NCBI GenBank assembly: GCA_964016885.1
Contig: OZ024756.1
Span: 30,132,001 to 30,196,000, forward strand
Length of the DNA: 64,000 nt
DNA from: Eledone cirrhosa
Lineage: Eukaryota
Reading direction: 5' to 3'
The position numbers and the translations under genes are program-made. This document shows positions 1 through 10,312 of the stretch, piece by piece. The number at the start of each line of letters is the position of its first letter. The first letter of the stretch is position 1. The notes under the pieces are model-generated. The model saw nothing but the letters and a program-made list of their open reading frames with translations. It was not told the DNA's origin and did no database searches.

Positions 1-118
1 TATGTTTTTATATATTCCATATATACTTTGATATACATGTATCTATGTATGTATGTATGTATGTATGTATGTATGTATGTATGTATGTATGTATGTATGT
101 ATGTATGTATGTATGTAT

Positions 119-223
119 ATTCTCTCTTTCTCTTAATTTCGAGTATAATTTTGACCGGCCACCCTCCTGGTGGCAAGGTTGTAAAAGAAAAGAAATTGTC
201 ATCTCTTGAATCGCAAGAATGTT
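119..223 (-). mobile_element. 3' end of an RLE-type (R4/Dong-like) non-LTR retrotransposon, flanked on both sides by (TATG)n
   Basis: Near-identical to 26974-27078, which continues into an RLE-domain coding remnant. Minus strand ends '...TFLRFKR*', then a short UTR and (CATA)n. Confidence 0.75.
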
Positions 224-384
224 ATGTATGTATGTATGTATGTATGTATGTATGTATGTATGTATGTATGTATGTATGTATGTATGTATGTATGTATGTA
301 CGTATGTATGTATGTATGTATGTATGTATGTATGTATGTATGTATGTATGTATGTATGTATGTATGTATGTATGTATGCATATG

Positions 385-665
385 GTCAGGTCACCAGTTG
401 GTGCTACTGGTTACATGTATCCCAGTACAACCTGTCTCATGGTAGGGTCGTTGGCGACTAAACTGGCAACCCCACCAAGGTTTCTTGGTGAGGAGGGTGA
501 CTTTGGACATCCTGCAGGACTAAAAACAAAACCTGTCAAAGGGCAAAGGAGCTCTTAAGAGTCAATGGCCATCCAAAATCACCGGGAGAGTTGACCCCTT
601 AGCCTTTGTATAGGCAGAATTCTAGGAGAAGGAAAATTCTGATATAACACCTGCAACCCTGATGG
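385..665 (+). mobile_element. Probable 5' UTR fragment of an RTE-clade LINE
   Basis: GC-richer island starting right after (TATG)n. Contains 'ctaggagaaggaaaattctgatataacacc', resembling the motif I recall from RTE 5' UTRs. No ORF. Confidence 0.35.
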
Positions 666-949
666 TATCCAATGATGTTGACTTGTTCTTCTTTTTGGTA
701 AATATCATCTTGGTTAAGAGAGTGGGACTGGCTTTGTGCAGTGCCCTTGCTCACTATAAAAGCTTCACAGCACAGGCATTGCTTTGTATCTGGAGATCTC
801 TCTGCACTTGTCGTTACATGGTACCATGGGACCAGCACTAAGTGTCAATAATTGTCACAAGTGTAGTGTTTGTATATATATATATATATATATATATATG
901 GATGGATAGATGGATGTTTCTCTCTCTTGACACACGCACACACACACGT

Positions 950-1047
<98 letters not shown>

Positions 1048-1079
1048 GTCAAGCAAGTATACTCCCTAGTATACTTGCT

Positions 1080-1363
1080 TGACCTCCTGCCCTGCTGTAA
1101 TTGGCACTATCAACGCACGACTGGGTTTCCTCCACTCCCTCTCCCTCTTTCTTCTACTGGCAGGTTCAGCTACCCCTTCCTCCCACAAACTGCCATGATA
1201 GAATTATGTGTCTCAACAACAAACTTTTGACCAATCCTTGTGACAATCACTTTTACCATATATGGAATTACCCCCTGAGAAGCTCGGCTATTCATATACC
1301 AGGATAAACAGTCCAGAATTAGCCGTCGAAATGGCTTGAGCTCAGCCGTCGGGGTCCTACTCA

Positions 1364-1367
<4 letters not shown>
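1080..1367 (+). mobile_element. Penelope-like element pLTR (family A), the copy extending furthest 5' and retaining the whole ribozyme
   Basis: 3' part 'cagaattagccgtcgaaatggcttgagctcagccgtcggggtcctactc' is shared with most other family A copies. Ends in (TA)n. Confidence 0.7.
1270..1355 (+). ncRNA. Type I hammerhead ribozyme (degenerate core), PLE family A
   Basis: Stem I acccc/ggggt; core 'ctgagaag' (one indel or substitution from CUGANGA); stem II cggcta...tagccg; GAAA; stem III (a)tggc-ttgagctca-gccg; GUC cleavage triplet at 1348-1350. Confidence 0.6.
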
Positions 1368-1440
<73 letters not shown>

Positions 1441-1949
1441 GTATCTCTGTATATTTGTGTTTGTGTGTATGCCTGCGCATGTATGCATGCATGCATGTAT
1501 GTACGTATGTATGCATGTAAATATGTTTATACGTATCTATGCATGTACTTACATACCCACGTTTTTATGTACGTATGTATATATATATATGAATGTATAT
1601 ATCAATGTATATATGAATGTATATATGAATGTATATATATGTATACATGTTTATTTAATATAGCCTAAGTATTGCATATAATACTGTGATTATTTTGGTT
1701 AGAAACTCTATGGCGCCTCTTTTAGTTATTTCTCATAGAATTGCATTCTTCTTCACCCGATCCCTAGGATCTTCACCGATACAGGGATTAAGTTTATTTC
1801 ACACATGGAAAGGAAGAGCCAGTTATTTAACCCAAAAGCTAACCTCTTTCTTTGCAATTTAGACATCATCTACTGCGGTAGTGGTGTGTGTTTGTTGGTA
1901 TGGATTCATATATGTGTGTGTGTTGATATAGCATGTATACGTGTATTTG

Positions 1950-2955
1950 GATGTGTGTACATGTATGTGTGTATATGTATGCGTGTACATGTATGTGTGT
2001 ATATGTATGTGTGTATATGTATGTGTGTATATGTATGTGTGTATATGTATGTGTGTATATGTATGTGTGTATATGTATGTGTGTATATGTATGTGAGTAT
2101 ATGTATGTGTGTATATGTATGTGTGTATATGTATGTGTGTATATGTATGAGTGTATATGTATGTGTACATGTTGTGTGTATATGTATGCGTGTATATGTA
2201 TGTGTGTATTTGTATGTGTGTATATGTATGTGAGTATATGTATGTGTGTATATGTATGTGAGTATATGTATGTGTGTACATGTATGTGTGTATATGTATG
2301 TGTATATGTATGTGTGTACTTGTATGTGTGTATATGTATGTGTGTATATGTATGTGTGTATATGTATGTGTGTACATGTATGTGTGTATATGTATGTGTG
2401 TATATGTATGTGTGTATATGTATGTGTGTATATGTATGTGTGTATATGTATGTGAGTATATGTATGTGTGTATATGTATGTGTGTATATGTATGTGTGTA
2501 TATGTATGAGTGTATATGTATGTGTACATGTTGTGTGTATATGTATGCGTGTATATGTATGTGTGTATTTGTATGTGTGTATATGTATGTGTGTATATGT
2601 ATGTGTGTATATGTATGTGTGTATATGTATGTGAGTATATGTATGTGTGTATATGTATGTGAGTATATGTATGTGTGTACATGTATGTGTGTATATGTAT
2701 GTGTGTATATGTATGTGTGTATATGTATGTGTGTATATGTATGTGTGTATTTGTATGTGTGTACATGTATGTGTGTATATGTATGTGTGTACATGTATGT
2801 GTGTATATGTATGTGTGTACATGTATGTGTGTATATGTATGTGTGTATATGTATGTGAGTATATGTATGTGTGTATATGTATGTGTGTATATGTGTGTAT
2901 ATGTATGTGTGTATATGTATGTGAGTATATGTATGTGTGTATATGTATGTGTGTG
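1950..2955. repeat. 14-bp minisatellite (TATGTGTGTATATG)n with internal ~359-bp duplication
   Basis: Direct reading. The variant 'gttgtgtgtatatgtatgcg' recurs at ~2171 and ~2530. Confidence 0.85.
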
Positions 2956-3165
2956 TTTTCACGTAAGATGTGTGCGTGTATAGACATGCGTATATATGTA
3001 TGTGTATATATGTATGTATTGATGGAGGGATATTTGTATCTATTCACGTACGACGTGTACGTATATAGAGAAGCGTATATATGTATGTGTGTATATATAT
3101 GTATAGATATGATGAACGCGGGTGTATTCACGTAGGATGTGCACATGTATAGACATGCGTATATA

Positions 3166-3388
<223 letters not shown>

Positions 3389-3498
3389 ATATGTGTATAT
3401 GTATGTATAGATAGACGTGAGTGCATTCCTGCCGGAAATGTACGTGTATATGGATGTGTGTAATGATTCTGTGTATATGTATGTATATATATTATTAT

Positions 3499-3544
<46 letters not shown>

Positions 3545-3559
3545 GTACATATATATATG

Positions 3560-3592
<33 letters not shown>

Positions 3593-3598
3593 GTATAT

Positions 3599-3638
<40 letters not shown>

Positions 3639-3950
3639 ATATGTGTATATGAACGTCATTGCATTGGGAGTTCTGTATGTTTTGATATGTTTACGCGTAT
3701 ACACAAACATGTTTATATACCTACACATGTGTATATATACACTTATTACATGCTAAACATGGAGTATTATTTAGATATTTTCACCACGCCGTTAATGACT
3801 ACTAGCTATAATTACCTAATTAGCCACATCCTTCCTGGCATTCTCAAGTAGTTCTTTATATAACCAAGTACCATAATAATTTCAACTATAAACCAGGTTT
3901 ATAGACCAGGTGGAATAATTGCCGATCCTTCATTAGTTCCGTGTAGTTCG

Positions 3951-4003
3951 GTGTAGTTCGGTGTAGTTCGGTGTAGTTCGGTGTAGTTCGGTGTAGTTCG
4001 GTG
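3951..4003. repeat. 10-bp tandem repeat (GTGTAGTTCG) x5
   Basis: Direct reading. Confidence 0.9.
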
Positions 4004-4130
4004 TTTTCTTTTACTCTATACTTCAAAGTTATGTTATCATCTGCTGGGCATGTGTGAGTGATTACATTCTATTGTACTTGACTGCAATATCGTTTCCGCA
4101 ACCGCACCACCCGCAGAACATTACGAGGGT

Positions 4131-4171
<41 letters not shown>

Positions 4172-4175
<4 letters not shown>

Positions 4176-4225
4176 AGTATGTATGTATACGTACATACAT
4201 ATATGTATACAGACGTACAGTAGCA

Positions 4226-4262
<37 letters not shown>

Positions 4263-4310
4263 TAATATAACAGATTAAAGTTTAAGCAATTATTATTATT
4301 ATTATTATTA

Positions 4311-4368
<58 letters not shown>

Positions 4369-4605
4369 CAGGTACACATACATATATGTACACATCAGTT
4401 TAGCGGACGCTTATTATAGCGCCCTCTTTGTTCGTTTGTAAACAAACTGAACAGCCTGAATTTATGCCGCACGTTGTTAAGGCAACCACGTCACCTTTTT
4501 GTTCAACACTGACACAGGAACGATGTACTAGTTTCAAGCTTGTTAGCTATCATCAGCACCGTATACCCATCTAAGAGTGAGAAATGAAATTTCGTTTTCA
4601 TTTTA
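4172..4605 (-). mobile_element. PLE pLTR family C, interrupted by microsatellites; second copy at 55660-55976
   Basis: Shares 'gtaagtatgt...cagacgtacagtag' and 'ttttgttcaacactgacacaggaacgatgtactag...' with 55709-55976. Carries a minimal hammerhead. Confidence 0.7.
4521..4561 (-). ncRNA. Minimal type I hammerhead ribozyme
   Basis: Minus strand: cggtg-CTGATGA-t-agct-aaca-agct-t-GAAA-ctag-TA-catcg. Stem I is 5 bp including one G.U; palindromic stem III (ACTAGT) is typical of PLE minimal hammerheads. Confidence 0.85.
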
Positions 4606-4633
4606 TTACAACTCATATATATATATATATATC

Positions 4634-4878
4634 AAGTAAGAATACTTTCGAAACAGCGAGTGGGTTTGAAATTATTAGAAATGTAAGCTATCGCCGTATT
4701 TTGACTAAAGGAATTAAAGAAATTATTTAGCCTGATAGTGGGGTTAAGAACCCTCGGAGAAATGGAAAAAGATGAGTATTGACATACATGTGTTCGACTC
4801 CCATGTACGTCAATACTCATCTTTTTCCATTTCTCCGAGGGTTCTTAACCCCACTATCAGGCTAAATAATTTCTTTAG

Positions 4879-4881
<3 letters not shown>
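4634..4881. mobile_element. Fold-back inverted repeat in (TA)n, probable PLE pLTR relic (arms ~4715-4790 / 4802-4877, unpaired tail from 4634)
   Basis: Near-perfect ~76-bp inverted arms, with the same long-arm/short-arm architecture as the other PLE relics. Confidence 0.65.
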
Positions 4882-4951
<70 letters not shown>

Positions 4952-5106
4952 TATATATATATTTATTAATATAACAGATTAAAGTTTAAGCAAAGAATTG
5001 CTGCTTTCACCCTTAACGGGATCTTCTTATTTGATATATATTTATCCTTATCGAGCCCTCTTTAGATTTTAGTCTTTTAGATTATTACTATATATATATA
5101 TATATA

Positions 5107-5232
5107 AGTTTATCCCGGGTTCAATCGGGGGGTGGGGTGGCCCACAGTAAGTAAGGTACTCAATACAAAGCAGAGTATAAATATTTAATATAGAAAACTG
5201 TTTCATTCGGGAGAAATCATCAGGGTTTCCTG
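5107..5232 (-). mobile_element. PLE pLTR fragment with hammerhead-like core
   Basis: Minus strand: acc-CTGATGA-t-ttc-tccc-gaa-t-GAAA-cagt...actgt-ggg. Shares 'gtactcaatac' with family A. Confidence 0.5.
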
Positions 5233-5304
5233 TGTGTGTGTGTGTGTGTATATATATATCTATATCTATATTTATGTATGTCTATATATATATATATGTG
5301 TGTG

Positions 5305-5341
<37 letters not shown>

Positions 5342-5343
5342 AT

Positions 5344-5455
5344 AATTGTTTTTCTACTTTAGGCACAAGGCCAGCAATTACCCAGTTCATTACTGGTACT
5401 TTATTTTATCGACCCCGTAAGGATGAAAGGCAAAGTCAACCGCGGCGGGATTTGA
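5344..5455 (-). mobile_element. tRNA-derived SINE, 5'-truncated
   Basis: Reverse complement of the SINE 3' half '...ctttgcctttcatccttacggggtcgataaaataaagtaccag...gtgcctaaagtagaaa'. Confidence 0.9.
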
Positions 5456-5470
5456 TATATATAATAATAA

Positions 5471-5531
<61 letters not shown>

Positions 5532-5779
5532 GCACACACTCACACAAACATATATATATATACACATATACATGCATGCATGTGCTTGTGCATGTCTGTG
5601 TATTAAAGTTGTGCAAAATCATGCCAAAAACATCGCTCTGCACAAGAAGGAACGCTGTTATGAATTTTGAATATTTGTCAGGCGGCGGTAATGCCGATAG
5701 TGGTAATGCGGTGATGCTAGAAGTGTCGTTGGTGGTGATGGATGGTTGTTCTTCCTGTTCCGTATAACCATTACCAGTC

Positions 5780-5818
5780 CCAGCTGAAGATCCGCATAAG
5801 GTGAAACAATTGTCTCGG
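5780..5818 (+). ncRNA. Minimal type I hammerhead ribozyme candidate
   Basis: ccag-CTGAAGA-t-cc-gcataa-gg-t-GAAA-caattg-TC-tcgg. Intact core, palindromic stem III ACAATTGT, GUC site; stem I has one mismatch. Confidence 0.7.
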
Positions 5819-6052
5819 TATGGTTAACTAACTGTCGTGTTCCTACTTCTATATATATATATATTGATTTGCTAAGCTGTCTAAACGTATTGTTATTACT
5901 CTGGGGTACTATTCCCATTCGAGTGCTAAAACTACATACCGAATTTGCATTCGTTAGCTTGGCCGCAAACTAAGGCTTTGTTAATGCTGTACTAAAATTA
6001 ATACATGCAGGATTTCACAACTCTAGCATCACTCATTCATAGGCAGCCTATG

Positions 6053-6112
<60 letters not shown>

Positions 6113-6206
6113 GAACGATCGACTTTCGTCAAATCGGACCGAGGGAACAATGTTTCCGTTGGTCTTTCCAATTGCTAATACTATCTATCGGTCGCAACTC
6201 CAGGTA

Positions 6207-6313
6207 GAAGGAGCAACGTGAAATAAAGTGCCTTGCTCAAGGACATAACGCATCACCTGGTCCAGCAATCGAACTCACAACCTTACGATTGCGAATCCAA
6301 TTCTCTAACCACT
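6207..6313 (-). mobile_element. 5' part of a second tRNA-derived SINE family
   Basis: Minus strand 'agtggttagagaattggattcgcaatcgtaaggttgtgagttcgatt...gtccttgagcaaggcacttt' shows a tRNA-like head with A/B boxes. Confidence 0.65.
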
Positions 6314-6494
6314 CAAAATGAAAAATAACCGAGGTGTCCTACACGAGTGAAAGTATAAAGAAAAAAAGATGAAATCGAAAATGCAACTGGAGTCTTATTT
6401 TAAAAATATATATATATTTATTTGGTTCCTTTACCGGTTTCGCAGTTCTTCTGCTTTTCAAAAGGTGAGTTGAGATGGAGGGTCTGTGGTTTTT

Positions 6495-6554
<60 letters not shown>

Positions 6555-6580
6555 TCTCTCTCTCTCTCTCTCTCTCCCTG

Positions 6581-6611
<31 letters not shown>

Positions 6612-6612
<1 letters not shown>

Positions 6613-6802
6613 ACGAAGGAAATGTGGTAAGGAACCAGGTGGACCATAACGCACCAAAGTACTCAATACTTAGGTTAGTAGAGTGGGTAATAGGAACGAG
6701 TAGGACCCCGACGGCTGAGCTCAAGCCGTTTCGACGGCTAATTCTGCTCCAGAATTACCCGTCGAAACGGCTTGAGCTCAGCCGTCGGTGTCTTACTCGT
6801 TC
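6612..6802. mobile_element. PLE family A fold-back element in (TA)n
   Basis: Long arm aacgaagg...gctaattctg, spacer 'ctc', short inverted arm cagaatt...ctactcgttc. Confidence 0.85.
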
Positions 6803-6880
<78 letters not shown>

Positions 6881-6917
6881 ATATATATATATGTATATAT
6901 ATATATGTGTGTATGTA

Positions 6918-7001
<84 letters not shown>

Positions 7002-7334
7002 ACATAAAAGCAGACGACTTTAAAACCGATTATTAAAACTTTATTGACTTAAGTGTGTAGTCTATAGTTGCATATCTGCATATCTCGATATTTTTAATGT
7101 TCGATTTTCTTGGCTCCAGTTAAATCGATTGTTCAAAACCCCGTTATTATATATGCAGCAAAGACTGACTAGTTCTGTGAATATTTAAAAACATATTCGA
7201 AAAAAAAATCCTAGGAGAACTTTAGAATCTTGTATTTATTGCTTTTTCATTTCTTTATATAAAGAAATTCATAATCTTCTGTTATGTTCTATGCAGTGTT
7301 TGATCAATTGATATATCACCCTCTCACTTTGTAT

Positions 7335-7373
<39 letters not shown>

Positions 7374-7479
7374 AATGAAAAGTATAGAAATTGTTGTAGC
7401 GAGAAGCTAACAGTATTCCATAATATATATTTGACTTTAGCGTCAAAATGGGAAAATAATTAACATAAGATATGGGAAA

Positions 7480-7521
<42 letters not shown>

Positions 7522-7524
<3 letters not shown>

Positions 7525-7608
7525 AACGAGTACCCACTCTACTACCTTAAGTATTGAGTACTTTGGTGCGTTATGGTCCATCTGGTTCCTTACCACATTT
7601 CCTTCGTT
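7522..7608. mobile_element. PLE family A short copy
   Basis: Tail 'tacccactc...ccttcgtt' with an 11-nt inverted stub 'aggaacgagta', in (TA)n. Confidence 0.85.
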
Positions 7609-7619
7609 ATATATATATA

Positions 7620-8325
7620 TATTGTTATACTTGGGGAGGGTCATATGGTACGAGCTGTCTCGCCTATGTATGTTGTTATGTTTCTGCAAGTACCCTCTTT
7701 ACATCTTATGCATAGACTACGTTTCTAGTTTTACAGTTTATCCGGGGGTTTACTTTACATACAATACATTTCCTATTAGTACCGTGCGTTTTCTTAAAAG
7801 GGTATGTTTTGCTGATCAAGGATTTTATGGTAGTTCCTGGCTTTTCTACCACATTAATCTTTAAGTGAGTATTTCTCAGAGCCTTTCTACACTGGTTAGC
7901 TAATTTCCCTCCAGGGGTAGCGTCCACGAACATGACACTCTGGTACCTCTGGTTGTCGTACCATGAGGTGGCTTACCCTATATTATATTTAGTCTTATCT
8001 AAGCTATTCCATGATTTGCACCTGTATAATGGGCAAATTCCTTTCATGTCCAGTTCTATGAGGGTCTTATACTTCTCCCTGGCTCCTTCGTATACTCTGA
8101 TTCTGTCTCTTTGGTTGTAGCCAGAGAACTGCATGCGGTTGATGAAGTGTTGGATGTGTCTTACCATTTCTGTTCGGTCGCACATGCGGGACACGTTCTT
8201 CATCAGTCGTACCAAGTCTGCGATCAGCTGAGTTTTTGAGTATCAGGTATTTGGAGGCCATGGGTTTAGCGTAGTGTGAGTGGAGAATTTGGGCCCTCTC
8301 GTCTATAGTGTTAATCCAGAGTTCC
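7620..8325 (-). pseudogene. Penelope-like (Neptune-type) RT C-terminus, Cys-rich linker and GIY-YIG endonuclease; frameshifted
   Basis: Fragments HYAKPMASKYLI..SA, RMQFSGY, PLYR, MFVDATPGGKLA..INVVEKPG, CIVC..NCKTRNVVY then IRC...YIGETAR (GIY-YIG motif). Left end 'attgttatacttggggagggtcat' matches the PLE tail at 35344-35368. Confidence 0.85.
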
Positions 8326-8557
8326 ATGCCCCCCCCCCCCACCCACACGCACTGTGTATATATATAATATAATATAATATAATATAATATAATATAATAT
8401 AATATATTATTTATTTATGTTTATAAACAGAATAAAGGCGCTAAGAAAAGGTTTCAAGGTCCAAATTTGAACATACTTCCAGAAATCAAGAGGCATCAAA
8501 TAGTGACATTCTTCAGACGTTAATACGAGTATATACATATATGTGTATACACACACA

Positions 8558-8598
<41 letters not shown>

Positions 8599-9050
8599 TC
8601 ATACAAACACTGTCTATCTACATATCTATCTATCCATCTTTATCTAACTGTCTTTCTCTCTCCCCATCTCTCTCATCATCTCTACCCATGTCTCTCCATC
8701 TCCCTCTCCATCTCTGTTCCTCTCTAGTTTTTCTCTGACTCTATCATTCCTTCCCTATTTTACATATATTAACTGAATATTTCTCTAGTGGGAAAGGTCT
8801 GACACTAAATGTTTGTAAGGTCAATAAGTGACATTGGGAAGCCAACGAGTTGTTTTATCACACAGCAAGTTTATATAACTGAACTCAATGACGGGGCAAG
8901 TCAGTGAAATAGTAAAGCTGTACCTGGTTGCTTTACTTGCTGTAAATAGTAGCCAAATTTTCCTCGTTCAATGGTAGCAAGATTCGCCCTAATAACAATG
9001 AAATATTTCTCAACCGTAGTCAAATAGCCCCCAAAATCAATCACTGATTC

Positions 9051-9126
<76 letters not shown>

Positions 9127-9127
<1 letters not shown>

Positions 9128-9793
9128 GTGCGACGAGGAAACCGTTGCACACGCATTAGTACACTGCTCGGGCATAGCCGATCTGTGGGGCTATGTCGAA
9201 CAACTGCTGTCAAGGGTGGGACCGATCCGGTTGACCACCGAGTCTATTGTAATGATCACGCCGCCTCCCCCCTTCAAAGATGAAGCAGAGGCGGTGTTTC
9301 TGTGCGTAATAGCCATGGCGAAAGAGGTTGTATGGTGGACGCGTCTGAAAGGACTGAGGTCGGGCACCTTTCTCTCTGGCCAACAACTGGTCCATTTCTT
9401 CCGATATCATTTCGGAAGAAGGATCAGGATGGAGAGAGAGGTGCTGCACCCCAGCCGTTTCTATGAAAGATGGGTGAAAGTGGCGAGAATGGCCCGTGTG
9501 AATGGGCCTTCACTCTACATCAGACTATAGGTGAGGAAGATGAAAGACCAAGGGAGCACCCCTTCTCTGTGCTCCTGAGGAGAAGGGTTGCACACTTTTT
9601 TCGGGGGTGTGTGCGACCCCCCAAGGCGCCTCCTCTCTATTGAGGATTTTGTTAAAAATTTTATTTTTTGTGATATCTTATTTTATTTTTATATTTTGTT
9701 ATTGCCTCCTCCTTATTGAGGACGCCTTTTTGTGTAAACTCCCCCCTTTGTACTTGTCCCACTTTTGATGCCCTAGTGGCAAATAAAAGAAAC
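9127..9793 (+). mobile_element. 5'-truncated Tx1-clade LINE copy in (TATC)n
   Basis: Near-identical to 13347-14012, with only a few substitutions; (TATC)n on both sides. Confidence 0.95.
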
Positions 9794-9794
9794 A

Positions 9795-9886
<92 letters not shown>

Positions 9887-10288
9887 ACCACACAAAAACA
9901 AAAACATGCATACACATACATAAATACAAGAAACAAAAAACTGTTAAACATTGTGTACAACAACAATCTAATAAAAACACAAGGGCCTAACTTCACCCAG
10001 GCAGGGGATTTCCCCCACCTCAAAATGATTAAGGCCCCACAGGACACCTATAAAACTTTAAAAAACAATTTTAAAGAGGACGTGGGTCCCCCCTGCGTCG
10101 GGCCCATTAACCGCGTCCTCCTAAAAAACTATCCCACCCCCTCCCCAAACACCCTCACAACTCCAAGCTCCCCAACCACACAACACACTGATGCCCCCAC
10201 ACTTCCACAAACCACCACCCCACCCAACAACCCATCCCCCACCCTAATGGAAATTGTGCAGCCCGATACCCGGGACGCAGAGAGGTAA
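9887..10288 (+). CDS. C-terminal part of Tx1 ORF1 (5'-truncated, Pro/Thr-rich)
   Basis: Stop-free frame from the element's 5' junction to TAA 10286-10288, in the same frame as ORF2. No recognisable domain in the retained part. Confidence 0.55.
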   Translation, partial: TTQKQKHAYTYINTRNKKLLNIVYNNNLIKTQGPNFTQAGDFPHLKMIKAPQDTYKTLKNNFKEDVGPPCVGPINRVLLKNYPTPSPNTLTTPSSPTTQHTDAPTLPQTTTPPNNPSPTLMEIVQPDTRDAER

Positions 10289-10312
10289 GTGCCTTTTCTC
10301 TTCACCACCAAC

